The notes under the pieces were generated by a model. That model was not told where the DNA came from and did no database searches. It saw only the letters and a program-made list of their open reading frames with translations. A program made the translations under genes and the position numbers. Shown piece by piece: positions 11,442-23,890 of a DNA stretch of 64,000 bases. Position 1 is the first letter of the stretch; every line of letters starts with the position of its first letter. The DNA is from Guillardia theta CCMP2712 (taxonomy: Eukaryota; Protista; Cryptophyta): contig NW_005434672.1 of assembly GCF_000315625.1 (NCBI RefSeq), positions 124,001-188,000 on the forward strand, in the 5' to 3' direction.

Positions 11442-14400
11442 TCATGCAGGAAAGATCTCGACGTAGCGGTTCCCCATGAGCTGTCTATCCATGGATCGCA
11501 TCGCACGCTGAGCTTCTGTTGAGGAGGTGAAGGTCACCCACGCCTCTCCTGAGGTTCTTCCGTCGGGTTTTAGGCCAAGCTGAGCAGAAAATTAGAACAT
11601 AAGTGCGGAAGAACAGGTGGTGGTGAGCACAGTCACAACAAACAAGATACAACAAGTCAAGAGGGAGGAGAGCAAGGGAATGATTCTTCAACTACAAAGA
11701 AACGACAGCACAAGTCAAGACGCGCGAGACGGGAGTCCAAGTGAAGTCACGACCACCTGAATGAGCTCTGGAAGAAGTTGAAACCCGCGAAAGAAGCTGA
11801 CAATTTCCTTGTTCCCCACATGGAACGGAAGGCCACGAAGCCGGAGGGTCGAGGAAGAGGCCACGGGCCTCCGGTCTGGCGGTCTCTCTAGGACCGGGGG
11901 AACTTCCCTCACCCCACCCCTCAGGTTGTCCTGGACTTCAGCTCGGCTGGTCCTGAAGATCTCGAGGTATCGATGGCCGAAGTTGGAACGATGGAGAGCG
12001 AGCGCGCGCATGACTTCCTCCTCGCTCCCAAGCTCCACGTATGCATCCCCGCTGCTCTCCCCTCGCGCGTTCTGAATAAGGTTCACGCCACTCGGCCTGA
12101 CGCTGACAGGAAGAGATCAGAGGGTGACAGTAAGAGATCAGAGGGTGACAGTAAGAGATCAGAGGGTGACAGTAAGAGATCAGAGGGTGACAGTAAGAGA
12201 TCAGAGGGTGACAGTAAGAGATCAGAGGGTGACAGTAAGAGATCAGAGGGTGACAGTAAGAGATCAGAGGGTGACAGCAAGAGATCAGAGGATGACAGCA
12301 ATATCTCGAGGCAGGGAGGGGGAGGGAGGGGCAGGGAGGTTGGGTATGTGGGAGCAAAAAGCAAGAGATCTATCAGGAGCTGAGACGGCCAGGAGAGACG
12401 GGGAGGAAGTATGGTCTCACTTGGAGGAGCAGAAGAAATCAAAGACGTCTGCTTCCTTGGCGCTGTAAGGCAGCCCCCTCACCTTCACCACCAGGTCTTT
12501 TGCGGCTCCTCTTGCCGACATGTCCCGCCCCTCTCTCCATTCAACCCTCCCAGGTACACGCATCTCCTCCTCTCTCCTGCTCATCCCTCCTTGCGTGCGC
12601 ATCATGTCCTCCCTCATCAGCATCTCGTTTCCTCGTGTGCCTCTCCTTTGCAGCATCTCCTCCCTGGGAGGAATGGGTTCTCTCCTCCTAAGCTCTTCCT
12701 CCCTTCGCGGCATGACATCGGGTCTCGTCATCATCCCTCCTTCTCGCGCTCCAATCAAATCTGCACGCACAAGCATACCGTCCTCCGTCGTGATGATCCC
12801 CTCCTCTCTCCTGAGCATTCCGTCGTCTCTCCTGAGCATTCCGTCGTCTCTCCTGAGCATCCCCTCCTCTCTCCTGAGCATTCCGTCGTCTCTCCTGAGC
12901 ATTCCGTCGTCTCTCCTGAGCATTCCGTCGTCTCTCCTGAGCATTCCGTCGTCTCTCCTGAGCATCCCGTCGTCTCTCCTGAGCATTACGTCGTCTCTCC
13001 TGAGCATTACGTCGTCTCTCCTGAGCATTACGTCGTCTCTCCTGAGCATCCCGTCGTCTCTCCTGAGCATTACGTCGTCTCTCCTGAGCATCCCGTCGTC
13101 TCTCCTGAGCATTCCGTCGTCTCTCCTTAGCATCCCTTCTTCCCTCAATCTTCGTTTGTATCCTCCATCTGATCGAGGCGACGCTTCCCTTCTGCGAAGT
13201 TCCTGCCCACCAAGAGAGCCAGGCATAGGATGAGAATGAGGATGAGGATGAGGAGGAAGAGAAGGAGGAAGGGAAGGAGGCATGGAAGGGGCAACTGCAG
13301 GAACGCAGCCCGCACACAAGCGGACCAGGTCTGGTTTGTTGGACTTGAAAACTTCGACGTAACGAGTTCCCATGTGCTTGCGGTCCAAGGAAAGCGCTTT
13401 TTCACCCTCATCGTCCCTCTCGAAGATGACAAACGCTTCCCCAGTTGGCCTTCCATCCCTTGAAGAAGTGAAGAAGATCCCATGTGGACGAACGAGGAGC
13501 CCGGAAAAGAATTCTCGGATGTCCTCCTCCCTAACACTGAATGGCAGACCTCTCATCCTGACAATAGCTGCCTCTATCGTTAGTTTCTGCCATTGTCTCA
13601 CATCCCCTTACCAACGTTATCCCCCATCACCCTACCCCCCTCCCTTGCCTCCTTTCTTTCCCTCCCATTATGGTCTCTCCTTCGCACCGTTGCAGTCTGG
13701 CTCGATGCTTTCAAAGATCTTCTCCGGGCTGGTTTGACTTCTCGCCATGTCCATCTCTGCCTGCGAACTTGCATACACCTCCACCTGTTTCCTCTTGTCA
13801 GGGATATTTCCTCCCAGGCAGGAACCTGTTTGCCCTTTCCTCCAACTCTTGCATTTCCCTCCTAGCACCTCCCTTCCTCCACATCCTCCTGCCGCATCTT
13901 CACTCACATATCTTCGGCCCATCATCGAGCGGTCCCTTTCGAGAGCGGACGCCATGTCTCCTCCACTCACAAACTTGACAAAAGCGTCGCCGCTGAAAGA
14001 GAACATGAGCAGCGAGGATAATGACAACATGCGAAAGATATGAAGAGGAAAGAAAGGTGGGGGGGAGGAACGCGATAGAAGGACAGAGAAGGAGAACAAT
14101 TCACAAGTCAAGATGAGCAAGCATAAGAAGAAACGAGGGCGAGAGAAAAAGACGTGCCAACATAAAGATACAAGTATGACTAAAACGAGACGGACGAGTT
14201 TGCTAAGAGGTTGGAGGAAGGGAGGTCAACCTGGGTCTTCCATCCCTCCCAAGGCAGATAACGATGTCCTCGTCTTCCACTGAGATCCCAGAGAAAAATC
14301 GTTTGACATCTTCGACGGACGCAGAGTAGGGGAGACCACGGCATTTCACCACGAGCGAGCCTTTGCCTCGGTCTCGACGAGCGAGCTGTTGACACCACGT

Positions 14401-16773
14401 AGAGGCCACAGAGGGTGAAAGGTGAGGATGAAGACAGGAGAGGGCGAGATCATGAGAGAGAGACGACGAGGAGAAAACGAAGAGAAAACGAGTGAGAAAA
14501 GTTAGAAACCATTAATGGCAGGTTGCAGCTACCGTTTCTGGGCTGCGACTCCTTTGATCACTTTCATGTGTGCCTCGCCCATGGCTTCTTTCAACTTCTC
14601 TTCCTCTTGACTGGGCATCTGATCGCTCATCGATATGATCTCTTGCCCGATCTCTTCTTTGTCTTCCGTCATCATCGTCATCATCGTCATCATCCTCTCG
14701 GTTTCTGCGACTTCGTGGAGGTGAAGATCTATGCTGCTTGTGATCCCCGTCATCGTGCAAACCTGAGGTAGAAATACAATCACATCGACGAACACAAATT
14801 ACATGTTTGCTCTGTTGGAAATCATGGACAAGACATCAAGGCAATAGATCATCACAAAATGGAAGCATTCTTTGACGTCAGAGGATATTCAGGAGGTGCA
14901 CAAACGAAGGAAGTTTGCTTCAAAGGTATCACCTTGAAACATTTCATCCTGCAGTCCATCATAATCATCTGCAATTTTGATTGAGTTTGTAAAAGTTGCG
15001 CCATCCTCGAGCATCTTTATGCAAATATTTGATACAGAACGGCAAATTTGCAAACTATCCTGTAGGAAAGAAAATTGTCAAACAAGGTCACGAGAAGCTC
15101 AATAGAGTTGAGGCACTGGGACTAGGGAATGACTCAAACAAGGAAGAAATCAACGGAAAGGACACAACGACCCTAAATCTAAAGTATTTTGAATAGTTCA
15201 CCTTCTGGGAGGATTCCAGATGGACATCAAGTCTTTCGGCCATGCTGAGCAGGGAGGGTGCCCCGAGCTTGGCAAGACGAGGGTACGTATGCTGAAACTC
15301 GTCTTCAACATTGATAAACTTGGAATAGTGGGCCACGAGTTTGACTCCTTTTCTCTTCGCGTCAACTGTGATGAACAACGAATTATCAGGGTGGAAAAGC
15401 AAAGGAAGCGAGGTTCGGAGGCAGGGAGCATGGTGAGGTCATTCTTCATCCATCTTTGCTGCTTCGGATAACAGCTCTGCTCGGAGTATGGCTGACTCCC
15501 ATGCTCAAGCTCGTCCTCATGTCGATCGTCTTCCCTTTCTTTCTTATTTTTTTCCTCCCCCACCTCCCTTCCCTGCATGCCGACCCAACCATCTTCAGGA
15601 TCCCCTGACCCGTCCCTTGCTCCTCCGCATTCCTTCCTATTCAGCTCCTGTCCTGCTTCTCCTCCCCATCTCGGTTCAATTTGCACAGCCAGACCCTTTC
15701 CCTCTTCGTCACCATATTTCTCAACGACACCTTATTGCCCTTCCCCTCGCCCCCCGGCCTCCCTTCCCTCCCCCAATACAGATCTCCAATCCTGCCTCCA
15801 ACCCAACAACTTGGTCTCTGCTCTCCAGCTCGTGCCTCCCTGCAACCCATCTACCAGCCCCTCTGATCAACCCCTTCCTCCTGCTTCCACGAGCCTCCTG
15901 CAGCAAACCCACTCCCAACCTCCCTTTCATTCCCAACCCCACCAGGCGTTATATCGATGATCCCTTCCCCTGCCCGTCTCCAATCCCCTTCCCTGCCCCT
16001 TCCCCGCTCCATTCTCAATCCATCATGAGGGCTGTTCATCGCCCGTCACCAGCCCCAACCCGATCCTCCTCCATCTCTGTGACAAGCCTCAAGCTCCTGC
16101 TTACCCCATAGCCATCGCTTGATCGGAGCTTGACCGAAGGAAGTGAGGCAGAAATCTTTGTTGGTTGCCATGAAGCTTCGGTACAAGTAGTCGTTGAATT
16201 CCTGCCTCCATCCGTCAGGCAGCACAAGAATGCTCGTGGTCAACCTGTACTGCATGCTGCAGGCCTTTTGACTCGCGCACGACTCTCGCCGCATCGTCTC
16301 CCCGCGAGCTCGCGATGTATTCCAGTGCTGCGTCCTCGCACATGGTAGGCCGCACAAACAACTGAACGCCATCAACTACTTGACGGCCCTGCACGTCCAC
16401 GACGACCCAGGAGAACTCAAAGATCTAGCAATGCAGGACGAATTAGACCGAACGAGCACCATCACCGTCAAAGTCGGCGCGTGTTCCTCTCTCCTCACCT
16501 CTTGCTCATTGGCGTCCGCAATCTGTTTGGTCTGCGACACCTGGCATGCAGAGGCTCACATTGAAAAATCCAACACGAATGATGAAGGGCAGCAAGAGAA
16601 GGAGCAGGAGGGGAGGGCGAAGGCTGTTGGATCAAGCAGCAGATGCCATTAATCACGTGAAGATCGGAAGAGATGAGAAGGTAGCTTGATCATCAGGCTG
16701 CCAGAACAGCATGCGCATGCTGTTACATCTAACACACCTGGAAGTCGACGACGACGAGGTAGTCGTATGCCAT
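11442..16773 (-). CDS. ESRP/Fusilli-like splicing regulator: degenerate DnaQ/ERI1-like exonuclease domain + four qRRMs (hnRNP F/H type), multi-exon
   Basis: Spliced reading MAYDYLVVVDFQ|VSQTKQIADANEQE|IFEFSWVVVD..LFVRP..LQHAVQ|EFN..DFCLTSFGQ..W|VDAKRKGVKL..KFINVEDEF..|DSLQICRSVSNICIKMLEDGATF, then RS/D-rich linker and four RGLP(Y/F)...RY(V/L)E qRRMs ending GNRYVEIFPA*; the junctions checked are GT-AG and in frame. Confidence 0.8.
12111..12300. repeat. Intronic 21-nt tandem repeat (AAGAGATCAGAGGGTGACAGT x ~9)
   Basis: Directly visible; lies in the intron interrupting qRRM3. Confidence 0.95.
12800..13140 (-). repeat. Coding 21-nt tandem repeat encoding (MLRRDDG)n, ~16 units
   Basis: Within ORF 12417..13601 between qRRM2 and qRRM3. 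Confidence 0.95.
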
Positions 16774-17125
16774 GGCGGCGCTGAAGTAGGAGGGGGTGGA
16801 AATCCCTAGAAAAGGAGGGGTAGGGTGAACTGATGCAGCCGAAGGCGGGTTTCGTTGGTAGAATTGGGTCTTGTGTTACAAAATTGAAATATCATCTAAA
16901 CTTTTCAATTTTTGAAACAATATTTCGCATTCAGCACAAGTACGAAATGCTGCGTGCTGCTGGTTGGCTGGCTACAGTACCGCTCTGACCTCTCAACCCG
17001 CTCGCCCCCGCTCCTCCCGCCAGCCTCTGCCGTCTCCATCCCCTCTCCTTCCCCTTGCCTTCCACGTTTTCCCCTCCTCCCCTCTGTTGGTCGTTGCTGC
17101 CAACGATCAGGCTCCTCCACCAAGC

Positions 17126-18580
17126 ATGCAAGCAGCTCCCTTGTACGTGAGCGCGCGAGTAGTAGAAGACATCGTGGATGGAGAGTTGTATAACCACGAG
17201 GTGAAGATCCGATCTCTGCATGAAATTGCGATGCAGGGAAAGGTTCGTTAGTTCCATCGAGAAGGAGTGAGGGAATTGAATGTGTGTCCAGGGGACTGCA
17301 GAGCATGTGACTGCTTGCTACAACGAGTTTCTTCGCAGCAGAGATATCTTTGAGCTAACAGGTGCGGCTGACTTGCTCGAACATGCTCTTGCTGCCCTGT
17401 TCTAAGGCTGTTCATCAGTGGGGCTGAACGCTCTCTACGCTGCAAACGTGCTGCGGGAGCAGATGATGGCGTGCCAAGAGGAGAATGACAGGATCCTGGC
17501 TCAGCGGCTGCACTCAAAAGAGCTGAGGAGGGCCGAGCAGCGCCAGCGAGAGGCTGACGAGCTCCGGGCCCTCGAGGTTGCTCGGCCTCAAGGTCCTTGG
17601 GGGTACCCAGGGAACAGAAGGACGCGATGCGGGCTGCCAGGATGCTCCAACGAAGCAGGAAGCTACGGTTTCTGTAGCTCAGACCACCAGGAGAGAGCGA
17701 GCTCGAGGATGCTACTGCCTCCTCCACGTGACGACGTGGAACGATGCTTCATGGGCGCGACAGGAGACTACAGCTGCTTGCTACTGACGAGACAGTCTCA
17801 GGAGAGGGAAGATGTGATCAATCAGTTCCTGAGGGCATGGAAGAAGCCCGGAGAGCCTCGAGTGCAGCGAGTGTATCAAGTCGTTCCTTCCCCCCACGTG
17901 AAGGAGAGGTTCGATAGGTACGCGCTGTCAGTCGGGAATGTGCGGAGAAGGTTTCACGGGACGAGCATTGAGTGCGACTTCGGCATAGACCTTGGGGCTC
18001 CTCCATGTGAGTCGAAGACATGCCGAGTTTGTAACATCCTGTCATCGGGTTTCTCGAAGAGATTTGCTGGGAATGGACCGAACATCTCTCTCAGGAGGCT
18101 GAGGTGATATGAAACCCTTTATGTTGTCAGTGCCGATGATTGTGCGGTTGGGATTCTGTTTTGCTGGATTGATGGAGTTGGGGTTCTGGTGGGAGAGGAG
18201 GGGAAAACAAGCAATCTTTGTGTAGGGATAATGGAGTGAGGTTCTGGTGCAAGTTGAAGATTCCCTGACATTCTTCGCACAGATACGGCAACGGGATATA
18301 TTTCTCAGCGACATCGGGCAAGAGCAACGACTATGCGGAGGGGTCGGAGAGGGAGAGAAGAGGACACGCGTGGAGGTGTATGCTCGTTGCCAGCGTCGCA
18401 GCAGGAAAAGTTTTCAAGACCATTGAAGCAGAGATCCTTGACGAGCGACTGCTCCCCCCTCGCGGATATGATTCCGTGGTGGGTGAGGTTGGCCCGAACC
18501 TTAACTATGACGAGCTGGTCGTGTACAATGACGCGGCTGCTCTTCCCGAGTTTCTCATCGTTTATATTTTGAAGGCTTGA
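17126..18580 (+). CDS. PARP-type ADP-ribosyltransferase catalytic-domain protein (H-Y-E), multi-exon; 5' end uncertain
   Basis: RRRFHGT, YGNGIYFSATSGKSNDYA (after intron ~18104-18282), GYDSVVG..NYDELVVY..ALPEFLIVY; Cys/His clusters CGLPGC..FCSSDH and CDF..CESKTCRVC. Confidence 0.85.
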
Positions 18581-18867
18581 AGTTGTTTTCACAGCAATTT
18601 TGACAGCACAACCCTTCTGATTTTCACACTATACACACTCGGTTTTTCTGCCTGTGTTTCACTTTTTTGCTTGTTGCCTTTTCTATGTTCTTCTTTTTCT
18701 CTTTCTGTATGCATGCAATAAATCATCACGTTATACTTGTGTCTACGATTCCTTTAAAATGGAGTTTGACTTCCTCAAGATCCGTCCATCCTGCATGCAA
18801 TTATTACAAAGCTATTGGCAAGAAAGAACATGGACTCAAGGAAAACACAAGATTGTCACAATAAAAC

Positions 18868-18943
18868 AATGATGACGATGATGATGATGATGATGATGAT
18901 GATGATCATGGTGGTATTGGTGGTGGTGGTGGTGGTGGTGATC

Positions 18944-18974
<31 letters not shown>

Positions 18975-19005
18975 GGAGGAGGAGGAGGAGGAGAAGGAGG
19001 AGGAC
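18868..19005. repeat. Compound microsatellite (ATG)n/(GTG)n/(AGG)n
   Basis: Directly visible. Confidence 0.95.
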
Positions 19006-19260
19006 CACTGCTAATCACTGCTAAGAGGTGTTTGTATAGGATGAATACCGGGGTGCGTCTGTGACTCTTCAACAGACATTCTGTAATGTACAATTTGTAG
19101 CCAAACGAGGAAAATGCGAAACTTGTCAATGCTGGACGGAATCACCTGCAAATCAGCGTAATGATCATTATCAACATTATCAACACGACCACCGCCATCA
19201 TGAGAAATAACTATGATGGTATCGGCATCATTAGCCTAATAGTTTTATCTTTATCACCTC

Positions 19261-19410
<150 letters not shown>

Positions 19411-19526
19411 CTCAATCATCATTACCACCACCACCATCTCCATAAACGCATCCTCATCATCTCCATCATAACCATCGTCACCCCCTCCTGCATCACAATC
19501 ATCGCCATCTCCATCATCATTGTCAA

Positions 19527-22236
19527 TCATATCTTCTCACTGACACTGAAACCATGAAGACATATTTGGATATAGCAAGGATCGTCATTGTATGGTAATT
19601 TGGATTGATTATCATTTGCACAGCAACCTCGAGCATGTCTTCCATGTAATGAGGAGGAGGGGGTTCTAGACCCGATGCATTCATCCTGCAGCAGCTTATT
19701 CGTGAGTTTACAAACCTCTGTTTGTTGACCATACATGGTCAACGTATCCAAAACTTTTGTGAATGGACATGTCTTGTTTGCTGCCATCCACACTCGACAA
19801 CAATCCAGGATCCCATAAAGAATCTCTTCATCCACCTGATTGCTCTCTCAACGCGGCAACTTAAACATCGATTACCTCAATTGACAGGTTTCTCGCAAGC
19901 AAAGGAATGTCGTAGGCTTCTAGAAGTCCAACCCAATCCTGACCGCTGCATGATCTCCCGCACATCTCGATCACGAGCATCAGAGTCGACTTGTTGGGTG
20001 TCAGGCCTGGAGAGCAGGTCAGCATATAATGCGTGACTGTGATAAATTTTTCCTTGGCTCATCATGATTTGTAGCTGAGCAAGTGCGTCTGACAGGCCAT
20101 CTCTGTTCCATGTCTACAAGCATCGTTACTTGACATCCATGCAAGAGAAAGGACTTGACTGACATGAGGATCCGATGCATACGCTGCGATGATGATGTTG
20201 TAGATGAAGCAAGATGGCTTGATACCATCTTGTTTAACTTCAAGATCCAAGTTATCACCTTTCTCCTCAAGAACTAAATTTTCAGTACTTGCTTCTTGAA
20301 GTGCGATGTCTGCACAGTCCGCTCGTCTGGCATTTCCGAAGAGTCGGATGACATGCATGACATGATCATCCTTCACCTTGTACCATTGGTGTCAGTTCCT
20401 GTGTCACACCAAGAGCTACCACTACAATCTTCCTCTTGACGACTTCTAAGAATGCAAAGAGCGCTTTGTCTGGAGATGTGTCAGCAAATTCACATGTCGA
20501 CTACAGGGACGACGTACCTGCGTGCCCGGTAGAGATGAGTCGTTCGATCGCGCGAACATGATCGGACAGAGCAACAGGAGTTCTTCTTCTTAGGAACTTT
20601 GCTGAGGGCGGCCTGCTTCCTCCCAAGGGTCTCCAGATCTTCTGAATGTCATCGATGCCCATCCATGTTGAGCCGATCTCCTGCGAGTTGTATGCCTCAA
20701 CGACATGGCTCAGATCTTGCAAGAAATGCAAGTCTGTCTGATATTTCTTGGTCACCACTGCAAGATCTGTGACTGCAAGTCGTATCTATCAGCTACAATG
20801 TTCAACCTCGCTTGCAATATCCCCAAAGTGTTGAGATCTGGCGAAAGCTCTGCATGCTTGTTCGAGAGTCTTCCCCGGCTGTGCGCACAGCTGACAACCA
20901 GTCGATACTCCCATGGCATGTACCTGCACTGATTCGAATGAACTTTTCCAACGGCGTCTCATCCTTGCCGGCCATGATAGTATCGTTGTTGTCTAGATCA
21001 AGTTCACGACTACCGAAGCACCATCGACTTACTCACTCTCAAACGAAAGCTTCAGTCGGTCAAGGGTGAACCCTGGTCCAGGAACGATGAAGGCTCCGTC
21101 ATTAGGGCCGCACAGACGAAGAAGCGGGTCCGTATGCTTCTTGCCCGGCTGCTCGTAGACGCTCACACAACCGCACGCCTAGTAGTCCTCCTCCTCACCT
21201 TGAGGAAGAGCTGGGGGGGTACAAGATCGGCATCCTCTTCCGTTTCCTGCGATCTATCTCAATATCTATCCTTACCAGACGTGCATTACCTGAGGATAGC
21301 TGCAGTTGATTGGCCCTCCGCCTAGAACATGCATCACATCATTCCGACAGAGAGGAGTGGAACATGGTGCGCTCACAATGACGTTCGCCCAAGTTGTGCT
21401 CTGGCCACAGACAAAGGCTTCATCCTCAAGTAGCAGACGTGTCGTGATCCTTTCCTTGCCACACTTCTCACATTCAGCCCAGGGGATTTCCTTTTCTGAG
21501 TCATCCACAGAATCCAGGTCCGAGTCATTCCCAAACTGACGGTCATACATGTCTTCGAGCTTTGAGCGATAGGCGTACAACCTCGATATTCTCTTCCTTT
21601 CCATCACCAGCCACCTTCTTCCTGTGTCAGAAGAGTCTCTCTCCCTCCCTCTTGCCAGCAGCCACTGACCTTTGCGGGTCAATCTCGGTGGAGTCTGACT
21701 GTCACATCAAAACCAATTCAGTTCACAACAAAATTGTGCACCCCGATGCTCACCCCATCGTTTGAAGCCTCGTTCACAGTGAAGTTTCTTCCAACGTCAG
21801 TCATCTCAATCAGCTTCTCGCAACGATTTTCATGCTCGTCGATCTTCATTTGCAGTTTTGCCAGCCTCCTGACCAATCACGATTCAGTCAAGGATCACAT
21901 CGCTCGACAGCCTTGATACAAACCGCAGAAGCTTCTTCCTCGATGTCTTCTTTCCTTTCCTCTTCTGCAGTGAATCATTCTCCTCCTTCAGCTCTACATT
22001 CCTCTGCGTCGGTTTGTCCCAGAGCGGACTCGTACTCAGATCCGCCCCGCGGGACGCCACCATGTCCGAACTTCCTTCCAGGCAAACTTGACTGAGGAGC
22101 AACACAAGGAGCTGGATGCCGCGAACGCCAACAAGTCGGGAGAAAGTCAGCATGAAGTCTTACATCTTCACACCTGGAACCAAGATCTAGAGCTGAGTTC
22201 CTTCCTGTGGACGCGCCTCCTCTCTACTCGCACCAT
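19527..22236 (-). CDS. Multi-exon protein with a CW-type zinc finger and degenerate PPR-like repeats; boundaries approximate
   Basis: WAECEKCGKER...FVC..TTW..APCSTP (zf-CW pattern); IKPSCFIYNIIIAAYA and MNASGLEP PPR-like segments in successive minus-strand ORFs separated by short introns. Confidence 0.55.
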
Positions 22237-22461
22237 TGTGTTCGCCTCTGATTGTAATTTGCAGCCCGCCTCAGGATATTATCAGCAAAGTTGGGAAGGC
22301 AGACCAAAGGGCGGAGGGGTCACCATGATGCAGCGGCTTACATGCGCTTAGCGGCAGCTACACACCAACAGCGCAACGAGACAGGCAAGAGCCTCCTAGT
22401 GTATCGCTAAGATTTACATAATCAAGAGTAGAAAAATGATGCAAGCATGCTCTAAATAGCA

Positions 22462-22995
22462 TTAAACAACTCCGACCCTCTTGACTCTACTTTGTTTGTA
22501 CGGCCACTTCTGCACTCCCAGCCGCCTGCACACCAGCTTCATCGTCGATTTGCCGATGCCGATCTTGGCTGCCGCAACCTCGAGGCTCTCGTGGAAGTGT
22601 TCAGCGAGGCGCTCGAGGGTGATCTCGACGGGCTTGCTGGACTGGAGATCCACCTGCCGGGAGTGAATTCGCACGATGCCGGTCTTTGATTCACGTATGT
22701 TGCCATCCGGCACGTCCTGTCTTGATGACCTTGCTGCATCTTGAAGCTGATCACCATGATCTGATCTTGTCATCTCGGAAGGAACGTGCTCAGCGTATTC
22801 GTGTGATGCAATGGAGTCGGTGATCGCTGATTCTGCCTCGGGGAGGGGGAGGCGGGAGGGGTGAAAGAGAGGAACGATTGAGAGAGAGTCTTCAAGATCA
22901 TCATTAAGCCAAGTGGAGTAGGAAGTAAACGTGTCGTCCAAATCCAGGCTCACGCCAGAACGAAGAATGCCGTAGGTGAGTTCGTACGACTCCAT
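22462..22995 (-). CDS. RWP-RK transcription factor (copy A), intronless
   Basis: ITLERLAEHFHESLEVAAAKIGIGKSTMKLVCRRLGVQKWPYK; TATAAA on minus strand near 23110. Confidence 0.9.
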   Translation of the reverse strand: MESYELTYGILRSGVSLDLDDTFTSYSTWLNDDLEDSLSIVPLFHPSRLPLPEAESAITDSIASHEYAEHVPSEMTRSDHGDQLQDAARSSRQDVPDGNIRESKTGIVRIHSRQVDLQSSKPVEITLERLAEHFHESLEVAAAKIGIGKSTMKLVCRRLGVQKWPYKQSRVKRVGVV

Positions 22996-23254
22996 AGCAC
23001 AAGTGTACCCCCGACGATGAGATGATGGAGTCTTGATTGCGTGTGCAAGCGTCGATGCTGGCAGCTTACAGCAGGTTTGGATGGATCGTCGAGTGGGCAG
23101 TCGCGTTTATAAGGCGATCGGTCCCTCCTCGTAGCCCCCCCGCACCAATCATGGATCGGATGATCTTGCCGTGACTGTGTTGTGAAGTAGGGCGGATCTG
23201 AGGGGTCCGTGCTTGGAGTTAAACTGTAATCTTTGTGTAGTAATTATATCACGA

Positions 23255-23890
23255 GGTCCGGCGGCCCGGGGCAATGCCGGGCGCGGCCTGGTTTAGGCTA
23301 AACCAAGCCCAGGCTGAGTCCCCGCGCGGCCGGAGGCCGGGCCGCCCCGGGCCGATTGAACATTCAACTTGGCAAACGAGTCCCGCGGCCCGAGCGTCAC
23401 CGGGCAGCCCCGGCGGCCTCACTTACGCGGCCAATGATGTCACTTCTCACTTTGACTCGCCGTGAGAGCCTCGGACTCGAAAAATCGGACCGGCGATCAT
23501 ACTCAGGTTGCCATGATGATAGTAGCAGTGACGGCACTGGGGCCAGTGGAGCCGCTGGGCTGCCGCGGGGGGCTGCTCAGCGGCTGCCGCGGCCGCAGTG
23601 ACTCGGCATACTATCATCGGACTCCCGATACATGCCGCCGTCACGGTACGGTACCGTATACCGGGTGAATCCCGGCGTACCGTACGAGAGACCGTACGTG
23701 ACCCGGCCCCCTGATTCACCGTGAGTCATTCACTGTCAGTCAAGTCACTGACCTGAGCCTCAGTCACTGGCCCCGCCCCGGCGGGACTCGACCGGACGCG
23801 GCACTACGGTAAGGCTCGCCAATGTCACGGAGTGCCGCAGGACTCGGGAAGCGGCTCCGGCGCTGGGCCAGGTTCAACTTAGTGTTGAGC
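23255..23890. other. GC-rich word-mosaic island 3 (between divergent RWP-RK A and B)
   Basis: CGGTACGGTACCGTA, CGTACCGTACG, GTGAGTCA, CAGTCACTG, AACTTGGCAA. Confidence 0.85.

Noticed and set aside
12111-13140. 21-nt arrays as CRISPR-like repeats
   Set aside because: Head-to-tail units with no unique spacers, inside a eukaryotic gene; no cas genes
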